From NCBI GenBank assembly GCA_009845545.1, contig VXZK01000018.1:1-46986 (forward strand): DNA of 46,986 nucleotides, given 5' to 3'. Numbering within the stretch: the first letter of the stretch is position 1; every line of letters begins with the position of its first letter. A model generated the notes under the pieces. The model did not search any database and was not told the DNA's origin. It saw only the letters and a program-made list of their open reading frames with translations. Made by a program: the position numbers and the translations under genes. The stretch is from Candidatus Poribacteria bacterium (lineage in GTDB: Bacteria > Poribacteria > WGA-4E > WGA-3G). Shown here one piece after another: positions 9,422 through 17,573 of the stretch.

Positions 9422-10551
9422 CTGTAAAGGAAGAAAATATAGGCAATCAAAGTAAGAAGAAAAATATGCTAAGTCTAACCGATACAGTACAAGCCAACAA
9501 CAGTAATACTTCTATACTTCAACCGATGGGGTTCAGCGAGATTCTGGATACAACCTTCAGTCTTTATCGGAAGCATTTTCGGCTGTTTTTAGGGATTATC
9601 AGCCTCCATTTTTGCGGACATTTAGTGGTATATTTATTATGGCTTTTTCTCCCAAATGTTCCTGTAAGAAACTTGGTAACAGAGTTCGTTGACATACCTT
9701 TTGGTTTAATCAGCATGGGCGGAATAATCGCCGCGACATCTACAATCTATTTAGGCAAGCATATCACAAGCCGCGATGCCTTGCAGCAAACCGGACACCG
9801 GTTCTGGCAGATGTTAGGGTCTCTCCTTCCATGGAGCTTAGTTTTTGTGATACCCCGCGCTGTTTCCATATTTCCTATATTTTATTATGCGGGGTATGCG
9901 GATGTTTGGGAGCCTGGGGCGGATATTAGGGAGTCTACGGAGTCTTCTATATTAATGTTAGAGTGGACTATTTTCATTAGGTTGGTTTCTGCGCCTTTCG
10001 CAATTGATCTCCCGATGAATTGGGAGAGCATCACTCAAAGTTTAATACCTTGGGTGACGAGACATGGATATATATGGATCGGCCTCATTCCTTTAGTGTT
10101 CGCGCCTTTCTCAATTTACTTTGCCGTGCGTTGGCTGTTCGCCCCCGCTGCGGTTCTAATTGAGAAACCTTTCATTCGCCCCGCTTTTGAAAGGAGCAGT
10201 GCACTCACTCGTGGTAGCTGGTGGCGGGTCTGGGGTCTATTAACTTCTTTCGGCGTGTTAAGTAGCACAATTCAGTATATCATCGCTGTTATGACTGGCT
10301 TCATCCTTACCTTAACAACAGGGACAGATGAAACAACGCTTATAGACATTCTTAAAAGGATAGTGATCCTTCGCTTTGATAGCATTAATCCGCTCTTTTC
10401 CCTGATTATGTGGTGGTTCAATGTCATCGTTGCCACTTTCATCTATCCAATTTGGGTCATCGGCATTACGCTGCTATACTTTGACCTGCGGATCCGAAAA
10501 GAAGGATTTGATATTGAAATACAGGCGAACACTACTGCTATGCCAACCTAA
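9415..10551 (+). CDS. Multi-pass membrane protein (GDPD membrane-domain-like)
   Basis: PMGFSEILDTTFSLYRKHF N-terminal motif, RSSALTRGSWWRVWG, and C-terminal TLLYFDLRIRKEGFDIE; 6-7 hydrophobic segments. Start is 9415 or 9466. Confidence 0.75.
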   Translation: MVTVKEENIGNQSKKKNMLSLTDTVQANNSNTSILQPMGFSEILDTTFSLYRKHFRLFLGIISLHFCGHLVVYLLWLFLPNVPVRNLVTEFVDIPFGLISMGGIIAATSTIYLGKHITSRDALQQTGHRFWQMLGSLLPWSLVFVIPRAVSIFPIFYYAGYADVWEPGADIRESTESSILMLEWTIFIRLVSAPFAIDLPMNWESITQSLIPWVTRHGYIWIGLIPLVFAPFSIYFAVRWLFAPAAVLIEKPFIRPAFERSSALTRGSWWRVWGLLTSFGVLSSTIQYIIAVMTGFILTLTTGTDETTLIDILKRIVILRFDSINPLFSLIMWWFNVIVATFIYPIWVIGITLLYFDLRIRKEGFDIEIQANTTAMPT

Positions 10552-10577
10552 ATATAGTAGCAGTCTCTGCAAACCGC

Positions 10578-10607
10578 TTGACACACAGCCGGACGGCATG
10601 ATACTAT
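10578..10607 (+). promoter_or_regulatory. Putative sigma70 promoter for the VWA gene at 10641
   Basis: TTGACA (10578-10583), 18-bp spacer, TG-n-TACTAT (10602-10607). Confidence 0.5.
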
Positions 10608-10640
10608 AAATGGTGATAACAGTATTAGCGAGATAAAATT

Positions 10641-13223
10641 ATGGAAATTACACGACCTCTCTTACTTCTACTTCTACTACTCCTCCCGCTGCTTTATTAC
10701 GGTTTTCGGCGCAGTCTGGTAGATCTGTCGAGAACGCAGCGCGTGATTAGCCTAATTACTCGCATTATCATTGTCCTGCTGCTGATTCTGAGTGTTGCGG
10801 ATGTCCAGTACCTGAAAACCGATGACAAATTAGCGGTTATGTTTCTGGCAGACATCTCAGATAGCATCTCAGATGATGGATTGACAAAGGCGACAGATTA
10901 TCTCAACGAGGCACTGAAATTACAAGGCGGGAACCAAGAAGCCGGTCTTATCGCATTTACGGACAAGGCAGAAATAATTCAAGCATTATCGGAGAGTGAA
11001 GCTGAATCTGACGCGGAATTGGAACTTGCTGAAATCAAGAAATCGTGGCTGGATACAGATGAAGATGCGGGTGATACAACAAATATAGCGCAGGCGATTG
11101 AAACGGCTTGGGGCATGTTTCCAGCAAATGCGAACAAACGTATTGTTCTCATCACAGATGGGGTTGAAACACAAGGCGAGGCAATTCATACGGCACTTCG
11201 CGGAAAAGATTTTGGGATACAGATCGATACGGTCCCAATACATCCGAGCGATGAACCGGAAGTTATGGTTCAGCGGCTTGATATGCCAGCACAAGTCAAA
11301 CAGGGTGCCCCGTTCAATGTAGAAGTTATCATCCACAGCAACCATGAAGACGTAGCAGAGGTCCGCCTCTTCAAGAACAAATTTGAGGTAGCGAAACAGG
11401 AGGCTCGGCTTGAAGCGGGTGAAAACCGCGTGATCTTTACCGAGACTGCTGAGGAGAGCGGCACCCTCACCTACGATGCGATCTGCCGGACGACGAAAGA
11501 CACACGCTATGATAATAATCGTGCGCTTGGTATAGTGTCCGTTACTGGCAAACCGAAAGTCCTCCTCATTGACGAAAACGAGTCGCAAGCGCGTTATCTG
11601 ACAAGAGTCCTCGAAGATGCTAAGATCCGTGTGGATGTTCGCAACGGATTGGGTGTTCCGAATGAACTTGCTGACTTACAAAATTATGAACTCATTATTT
11701 TTAGTGATGTTTCTGCGAATCGTCTCACCGAAAAGCAGATGGATCTCATCCGCACTTATGTTCAGGACCTCGGCGGCGGTTTCATGATGCTCGGCGGCGA
11801 AAACAGTTTCGGACTTGGTGGCTACTACAAAACGCCAATCGAAGCGATTTTACCTGTTCGTACCGATACGGAAAAGAAAAAGGAGACACCGTCTCTGGCA
11901 ATTGTGCTGGTCATTGATAAATCAGGCAGTATGGGGGGTATCAAGATTGAGTTGGCAAAAGAGGCGGCGCGAGCATCGGTAGAGCTGCTCGGACAACTTG
12001 ATAAGATTGGGGTTATTGCTTTTGATGGGTCCCCGTTCTGGATTGCGGAGATGCACGATGCTTCTGATAAGCAGTACCTCTCAGACCAGATCGGTTCGAT
12101 TGTTGCGGGTGGTGGCACGAACCTCTATCCTGCGCTCGAACAAGCGTACTTTGCGCTGACAGAGACGACCGCTAAACTCAAGCATGTCATTGTTCTTAGT
12201 GACGGACACTCTACGCCGGGGGACTGGTACGGTATTGCAAATTCCATGCACAGTGAGAGTATCACAATCTCAACAGTTGGTATCGGCAGCGGTGCTGATA
12301 TGAACATGCTTGGTAATCTCGCGAATTGGGGTGGTGGTCGTGAATACTTTACCCAAGACCCGTATAACGTCCCTCAGATCTTCGCGAAAGAGACCGTCAC
12401 GGCATCTAAATCGGCAATCATTGATGAACCTTTTATACCACAACAGATCAAGCCGACCCAAGTCTTGAGCGGAATTGATTTGGAACTCGCGCCCTTCCTA
12501 CTCGGTTATGTTGCTACACAACCGCGTCCCACTGCCGAAACCTTCCTTGTCTCAGACCGGGGAGATCCGCTGCTTGCGAGTTGGCAATATGGGTTGGGCA
12601 AGTCTACCGCTTTCACCTCCGATGCGAAAGCACGCTGGGCTGCCGATTGGCTGGAATGGCCCGGATACGGTAAGTTCTGGGCGCAACTCGTTCGCGACAC
12701 GATGCGAAAAACGACGCTCAGCAATTTTCAAGCGGAAATTACGAAAGAAAAAGGCACTGCTTATCTTGGCATTGATGCGCTTGGGGAAACTGGGGAATTC
12801 CTGAACGAATTGGACAGCGACATCTCTCTCATCGGCCCCAATCTCAAAAAGCAGCAACTCGCTGTTACACAGAGCGCCCCAGGGCATTACGAACTCGATT
12901 TCCCGACAAAAGATGTGGGACCCTATTTCGTTAACATCATGCAAAAACAGGCAGGTGAAATCGTCAACACGCAAGTGACGGGAACCGTAGTCTCCTATCC
13001 TGAAGAATATGTTGTTCATAACGCAGATGAATCACTGTTGAGCCAACTCTCGACAACATCTGGCGGGAAATTCAACGCTTCCGTGGAGGACGCATTTCGC
13101 TCACCTGAAGACCCAGTGATGCTTCGGATTCATCTCTGGAGACCGTTTCTCATCACGGCACTCTGTCTGTTGCTCATAGATATTGCGTTGCGCCGAATCG
13201 ATCTCATACGTCCCCGAAATTGA
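10641..13223 (+). CDS. Membrane protein with two VWA domains and a glutamine amidotransferase-like (DUF1355-type) domain
   Basis: MIDAS motifs LADISDS and VIDKSGSM, GGGFMMLGGENSFGLGGY, LLASWQYGLGKSTAFTSD; N- and C-terminal TM helices. Confidence 0.85.
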   Translation: MEITRPLLLLLLLLLPLLYYGFRRSLVDLSRTQRVISLITRIIIVLLLILSVADVQYLKTDDKLAVMFLADISDSISDDGLTKATDYLNEALKLQGGNQEAGLIAFTDKAEIIQALSESEAESDAELELAEIKKSWLDTDEDAGDTTNIAQAIETAWGMFPANANKRIVLITDGVETQGEAIHTALRGKDFGIQIDTVPIHPSDEPEVMVQRLDMPAQVKQGAPFNVEVIIHSNHEDVAEVRLFKNKFEVAKQEARLEAGENRVIFTETAEESGTLTYDAICRTTKDTRYDNNRALGIVSVTGKPKVLLIDENESQARYLTRVLEDAKIRVDVRNGLGVPNELADLQNYELIIFSDVSANRLTEKQMDLIRTYVQDLGGGFMMLGGENSFGLGGYYKTPIEAILPVRTDTEKKKETPSLAIVLVIDKSGSMGGIKIELAKEAARASVELLGQLDKIGVIAFDGSPFWIAEMHDASDKQYLSDQIGSIVAGGGTNLYPALEQAYFALTETTAKLKHVIVLSDGHSTPGDWYGIANSMHSESITISTVGIGSGADMNMLGNLANWGGGREYFTQDPYNVPQIFAKETVTASKSAIIDEPFIPQQIKPTQVLSGIDLELAPFLLGYVATQPRPTAETFLVSDRGDPLLASWQYGLGKSTAFTSDAKARWAADWLEWPGYGKFWAQLVRDTMRKTTLSNFQAEITKEKGTAYLGIDALGETGEFLNELDSDISLIGPNLKKQQLAVTQSAPGHYELDFPTKDVGPYFVNIMQKQAGEIVNTQVTGTVVSYPEEYVVHNADESLLSQLSTTSGGKFNASVEDAFRSPEDPVMLRIHLWRPFLITALCLLLIDIALRRIDLIRPRN

Positions 13224-13315
13224 GGTTAAACTAAACTATAGCAAAGTTTAGAATTATATTAAAATTAAGAAGACACTCTCAAATACTTCCTAATGCCTTC
13301 ATGGTCCTTGAGAGT

Positions 13316-13341
13316 GCTACAAACTAAAAGTTTGTGCTACA
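13316..13341 (-). repeat. GTAG-family REP (GTAGCACAAAC...GTTTGT)
   Basis: gctacaaactaaaagtttgtgctaca; near-identical to gcacaaactggaaagtttgtgctac at 22908-22932. Confidence 0.65.
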
Positions 13342-13376
13342 ATGAGGATTTGTTTAGACAGCAAATAGCATACACA

Positions 13377-14207
13377 ATGGCATTTCAATTTCAGGATTCA
13401 ATGGTAAACGAATACCTTTCGCAAGGTTATCTGATTCTTCGCGGGATTGTGCCACCGTTGTTGCTCACCGATTTACGCCGTGAGGCAGAGAAGGCGCGCG
13501 ATCTTGCACATAAACTCAACGGACCTCAGACACAACGCATCCAACCGTTATCGAATTACGGTGATGAATTAGACCTGAAACCTTTCTATGACTACACAGA
13601 ATTGCCGGAACTCCGCGACGCTATCGAAAAATTGCTCGGTGCTGACTACACGCATGGTCACGTTGACATCATGGGACTCCTCGTTGAGCCGCTTGAGTAT
13701 CCATGGCATATCGGTTGGCATCGAGACGGTGTTGTTGAGGTACCGCTTGAAGCACGCGATGAAACTGTCAATGCCAAGTTAGCGGAAGTCTGGTACGACC
13801 TGCGGCACTTCAATCAGGTCAACTGTGCGATTTACGCGGATTCTTGTACATGGTTCGTCCCCGGCAGTCATCTACGGCAGTGGGACATGCCGGGTGAAGA
13901 GCAATCCACAAAGGATCCAAAACTGCGAAAACCTGCTGAAGGGCAGTCTAATGCTGAAGCAGAACGGTACTGCTTAGAACATTGTAGGCAGTTCCCCGGA
14001 GCAGTGCAGGTGCATCTGGGACCGGGAGATTTTATGGTTTATCGGAATCTCGCATGGCACACCGGGAACTACATTACCTATCAACCGCGCGCAACCATCC
14101 ACGATGTTGTCCGGTATGAAGGCGGGAAAGACTGGACTGATTGGCAACAGACGAAACTGGATGCTGTTAAACGGATGAAGGAAAAACATCCGGAAGCACA
14201 GCGTTAA
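13377..14207 (+). CDS. Phytanoyl-CoA dioxygenase (PhyH) family Fe(II)/2OG oxygenase
   Basis: YLSQGYLILRG start, HxD motif (WHRD), FVPGSH, distal His in AWHTG. Likely start is ATG 13377. Confidence 0.8.
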   Translation: MAFQFQDSMVNEYLSQGYLILRGIVPPLLLTDLRREAEKARDLAHKLNGPQTQRIQPLSNYGDELDLKPFYDYTELPELRDAIEKLLGADYTHGHVDIMGLLVEPLEYPWHIGWHRDGVVEVPLEARDETVNAKLAEVWYDLRHFNQVNCAIYADSCTWFVPGSHLRQWDMPGEEQSTKDPKLRKPAEGQSNAEAERYCLEHCRQFPGAVQVHLGPGDFMVYRNLAWHTGNYITYQPRATIHDVVRYEGGKDWTDWQQTKLDAVKRMKEKHPEAQR

Positions 14208-14351
14208 TTCAATTGTGTATGAGCTGCCATTCATCTGAAACCGCTGGTGTCCGAAACCCACCTAAAGCCGCGATTCGATATTTTCTGAATTTAATTCCAC
14301 AACACGGATTGAATCTTCTCAGAATATCCGAACTACAGGAGGATTCATGAC

Positions 14352-15224
14352 ATGGATACAAAACAGACCCAAACAAATGAAATTCTAAAACACCCGTTCC
14401 CACAACAGCGACCGGACGTGAAGATTGTCGAAAGCGATGATCGTATCACCGAAGTTGACTGTCCGGAACTGCAATGGTGGTTCACTATCCCTCAAATGGG
14501 CGAGCACCATTTTTCGGCATCGTACGATGCCCTGACGTTGGAACTCGCCGAAGTGAAAGAAATTATCGCTACAGCACCTGCTACAGTGCAAGATATTGAT
14601 TGTGTTGAACTTCGGGTAAAAGAGTGGGCAGTTCGAGAGGATTGGCCAACCGGACCTGAATTGATGTACGCCGCCTTAGAGAAACACTGCGCAAGGTGGG
14701 TTGCTATCTCCATGACATTAGAAGATGGCAGAAAGATTTTCGATGCAGTAGGCACAGATTTCTTTGAAGACCAATGGGGTGGCGCGATGACCCGCAGACA
14801 CATCGTTGACAATGGACGTTATCAACGCCAATCCGATGGCTCCTATAGACTTACCGATGCCCAAGGACTGGGAGCAGGCACCTATGACGTAACGATCGGC
14901 GAAAACACCTTCCACTGTCTTCGCGTCTTGGATCCCGACATTGATGAGCCGAACGGCGGCGAACTCAACGAGGTCTATATCGAAAGCGAGGGACGGACCG
15001 TTTTACACAGAAGTTACGATGGTAGGTCCTTCAGGGGCAGCGATTTAGTCAGCAAGTTCCCGGACAACCGGCGTATCATCATCAATGATGTCGTCTATGT
15101 GCACCACGATTGCAGCGGCAGGGCAAACGATGATATTATGTTGACTGGGCTCGGTATGAACGGAAAGGAGAGGGAGGATGTCGGGCAAGACGGGAGCCTC
15201 CCTCATAAGTTCGGCAATACTTAA
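14352..15224 (+). CDS. Hypothetical protein (acidic, beta-rich, cytoplasmic)
   Basis: 290-aa ORF with a strong RBS (AGGAGGA) and no recognisable catalytic motif. Confidence 0.75.
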   Translation: MDTKQTQTNEILKHPFPQQRPDVKIVESDDRITEVDCPELQWWFTIPQMGEHHFSASYDALTLELAEVKEIIATAPATVQDIDCVELRVKEWAVREDWPTGPELMYAALEKHCARWVAISMTLEDGRKIFDAVGTDFFEDQWGGAMTRRHIVDNGRYQRQSDGSYRLTDAQGLGAGTYDVTIGENTFHCLRVLDPDIDEPNGGELNEVYIESEGRTVLHRSYDGRSFRGSDLVSKFPDNRRIIINDVVYVHHDCSGRANDDIMLTGLGMNGKEREDVGQDGSLPHKFGNT

Positions 15225-15239
15225 CAGCGAAATTGTGTC

Positions 15240-15466
15240 ACTCAAGTGGCAGTACCTAAAACGCAAGTTGCCACTTGTTTAGAGACATAGCACCCCTACG
15301 GGGTGCGGTCGCTTGAATATACCGTTTTCTATAGACATAGCACCCCTACGGGGTGAAGAAAGTGTCCGAAAAACTGTGCTACAATACGCAGAAATACCCA
15401 AGCAAAAACCCCAAAATCCGTTGGTAGCAACTTGGGTTAATATTGGAAGATAGTGTCTAAAACGCA
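15240..15466. repeat. Composite REP/MITE region between convergent genes
   Basis: 23-bp direct repeat AGACATAGCACCCCTACGGGGTG at 15283 and 15333 (CACCCC-TAC-GGGGTG palindrome). Inverted ends ACTCAAGTGGC (15240) or ACGCAAGTTGC (15261) versus GCAACTTGGGT (ending 15437). 10-bp direct repeat CTAAAACGCA at 15256 and 15457. Confidence 0.65.
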
Positions 15467-16260
15467 TCAGTTATTCTCCTCAAGCGAGATGTGGAACATG
15501 CCTTGATCGCGGGTTCCAACGTAAAGTCGATCGTTGCTGGTAACGAAGGAGTGAATTTCGCTGGGGACCTCTGAGGAAAGCGGTTTCCATTTGTTGTGAG
15601 CATCTAAGCGGTAGGCACCGCTATCGCCGACACGGTAGATTGTAGTGCTGTCTGCAGTGAATCTGTTTATGACGGTGGGTATTGCGGTTTCATTGCTGAT
15701 GATCCGCCAGTGTTCTCCAGTTTGTGAGATCAAAACCCCTTTGTCGGTTGCGATACAAATCGTTGAACCTGCGAAGGTAATCTCCTTGAAATACACAATG
15801 GAGATCGGCAGCGTTGACGTGATGTCTTTCCAACTGTCTCCGCCATCAACGGATTGAAACAATTGAGCATTCGGCTTATTGGCGTAGCAGGTTTTAGCAT
15901 CACGGGGTTTAAACACTTTTCCATTTGGCTTACTGGCGTATAAAGCCTTACCCTTAAAGAAGTGAAGCAATTTTCCATTCGACTTACCGGCGTAAACGGT
16001 TTTACCTGAAACAGCCAAAGCAGATCCCGAATCAATACCGACTAATCCTGTGTCTATCCATTCGGGATTGCCGAGTTTCCATTTGAAAAGCCGCCCCCCG
16101 TATTTAGCGTAAAATGTCCCGTCACCGACAGCAAAGTCTCCAATTTCCGTGCGTTTTTTTCTATATAGACGCAACGCATGTGATGCGGAAGGGTCATCAT
16201 TTTTAAAAGCGGGAACACCGTGTATTGGGATAAGTTCATTACCTGCAGTGGATGTGTGAA

Positions 16261-16290
16261 TTGACAAACACGGTAAAAATGCGGTATAAT
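16261..16290 (+). promoter_or_regulatory. Consensus sigma70 promoter at the left end of the insertion
   Basis: TTGACA (16261-16266), 18-bp spacer, TATAAT (16285-16290), pointing into the element. Confidence 0.7.
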
Positions 16291-16292
16291 TA

Positions 16293-16706
16293 GAGTATCC
16301 ATTAGTGGGAGCCAATGCTATCTTTACGAACCTTCGTGGAGTGGCTCCCCGTCCAAATAGCATAGAGGATTTTAGTGGTTTAGTGGAAACTCCGATTTAG
16401 ATACAGATATACCTAAAATGGTGTATATCACCTAAACACAGATTAAAGCACTTTACGCTTTCGCGACACATGTCAATTGGGCAGTCGCGTATCAGGGAAT
16501 TCCACAACTAAAAACTTTCCCTGTAGTTGGGTCTGTGGTGCGCCCCGCGGTTGCTTGCATCAACCGCGTCCCTTCGGTTAACAGGTCACCCTCAGGGGAC
16601 TTATGCCGTTGGAGTTCCTATAAGGAACAAAACGCTGCCAGTATGCCTTGTGGGAGGCTGGTCTTCCAAAAGAAGCCCACGCATTTATGCGTCGGGAGTG
16701 CATCAC
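16293..16706 (+). ncRNA. Candidate large structured RNA; 3' ~170 nt resembles a TnpB omega/reRNA scaffold
   Basis: More than 10 helices read by eye, many with G-U pairs on the + strand, and two pseudoknots. The terminal 9 nt (16698-16706) pair with 16535-16543. Confidence 0.6.
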
Positions 16707-17147
16707 AAATACTCGGTTTGCCCTCCTGAACCGAAATGACATAGAGGAGATTATCGGCAATTGTTAACCTTATGTTATTATAAAAATCGGTATCTAATTC
16801 GGGTGTGTGCTTCTGAGCATTGAAGCGAACACTTTCCCAAGTTTCACCGCCATCACTTGACTGGACAAGGTCTCCCCCAATCTGCTGAGTGGAAAACCTT
16901 TTTTTTTGTGTTTCAGGGGTCGATTTTGGGAACAATCCAGTGGATTCCGAGACGATGATATCAGGTCCCGTTCCAACATAGAGGTGGTTTCTGTCGACGG
17001 TCAAAGCGTAAACAGCACCGGATGCGTCGGTGAGCAATCGTTGCCAGTTCCTTGAACTGAAGCGATAGAGCCCTTGGTTTGTGCCAGCGAATAGGGTGTC
17101 TCCTATTGCAGTGCCTGTATAAATCCGTTTCCCTGCTAATCCGTTTA

Positions 17148-17260
17148 TAGTAAAGCACGAAAATAAGTTGACACTCCACGATAACGTTACCCACTCGTAG
17201 GGGCTGGGTTACCCAGCCCCTACGGTCAACCGCGCGTCTAAATAATTATGGGCTTTACTA
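17148..17260. mobile_element. 113-bp MITE with TA target duplication and central REP palindrome
   Basis: TA at 17146-47 and 17261-62. TIR TAGTAAAGC/GCTTTACTA, imperfect out to ~27 bp. Central CGTAGGGGCTGGGT-T-ACCCAGCCCCTACG (17196-17224). Excising 115 bp restores the host frame. Confidence 0.85.
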
Positions 17261-17573
17261 TAAAGGTGTCCAGTGCTGACCGACATCAGTCGATCGAAAA
17301 ATCCCCTTCTCTTGAAGGGCAAGATACAGCGTTACAGGTGCTTTCGGATCGTGTTTTTGGATTGCCGTTGTGACGATGAGTCCATTTGCGGTCCCTTTCG
17401 GACGCGTTCCAAGGGTGTTCCACGTTTCACCACCATCTTCTGAGGCGAGTGCCTCATCAACGGAGACAGTATAGAGAGTGCCTTGGTGCTCTGCCATAGG
17501 TACTCGGTACTGTCCAGTGGGGATGTCAGCATTAATAAGCGCCCATGTTGCATCGGGGGTCAATTTATCTACT

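Larger units (their letters stand above)
16261..16706 (+). mobile_element. Non-autonomous IS200/IS605-derived insertion with no ORF
   Basis: Interrupts the beta-propeller gene with no clear target-site duplication. Begins at or after TTGAC (TAM-like). Ends AAGAAGCCCACGCATTTATGCGTCGGGAGTGCATCAC, a subterminal hairpin plus TCAC terminus typical of IS605/IS1341 right ends. Confidence 0.75.

Noticed and set aside
10986-13019. Long antisense ORFs (10986-11588 and 12552-13019, and similar ones opposite moxR, hisC and DUF499)
   Set aside because: Antisense or alternate-frame shadows of well-supported genes, with no motifs or RBS.
13237-13262. TATAGCAAAG... as the left end of another TA-type MITE around the 13316 REP
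   Set aside because: No matching right-hand inverted repeat or TSD was found.
15283-15355. Possible mini-CRISPR (23-bp repeat, 27-bp spacer)
   Set aside because: Only two units, REP-like palindrome inside a MITE-like context, and no leader or cas genes.
16307-16363. HDV-like ribozyme
   Set aside because: The P1/P2 crossing order is similar, but there is no short P3 with a UCCUCGC-like loop, no evident P1.1 and no P4/J4-2 catalytic context.
16293-16706. Group I intron (IStron), tmRNA or RNase P RNA
   Set aside because: No recognisable P/Q/R/S core elements, tRNA-like ends or RNase P conserved regions were found by eye. The RNA is also antisense to the host gene, so splicing could not restore it. 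A covariance-model search is still needed to exclude these formally.
16527-16760. Short ORFs within the insertion (16527-16739, 16535-16729, 16578-16760)
   Set aside because: No RBS or TnpB/TnpA motifs; they overlap dense RNA stems and cross the element boundary.
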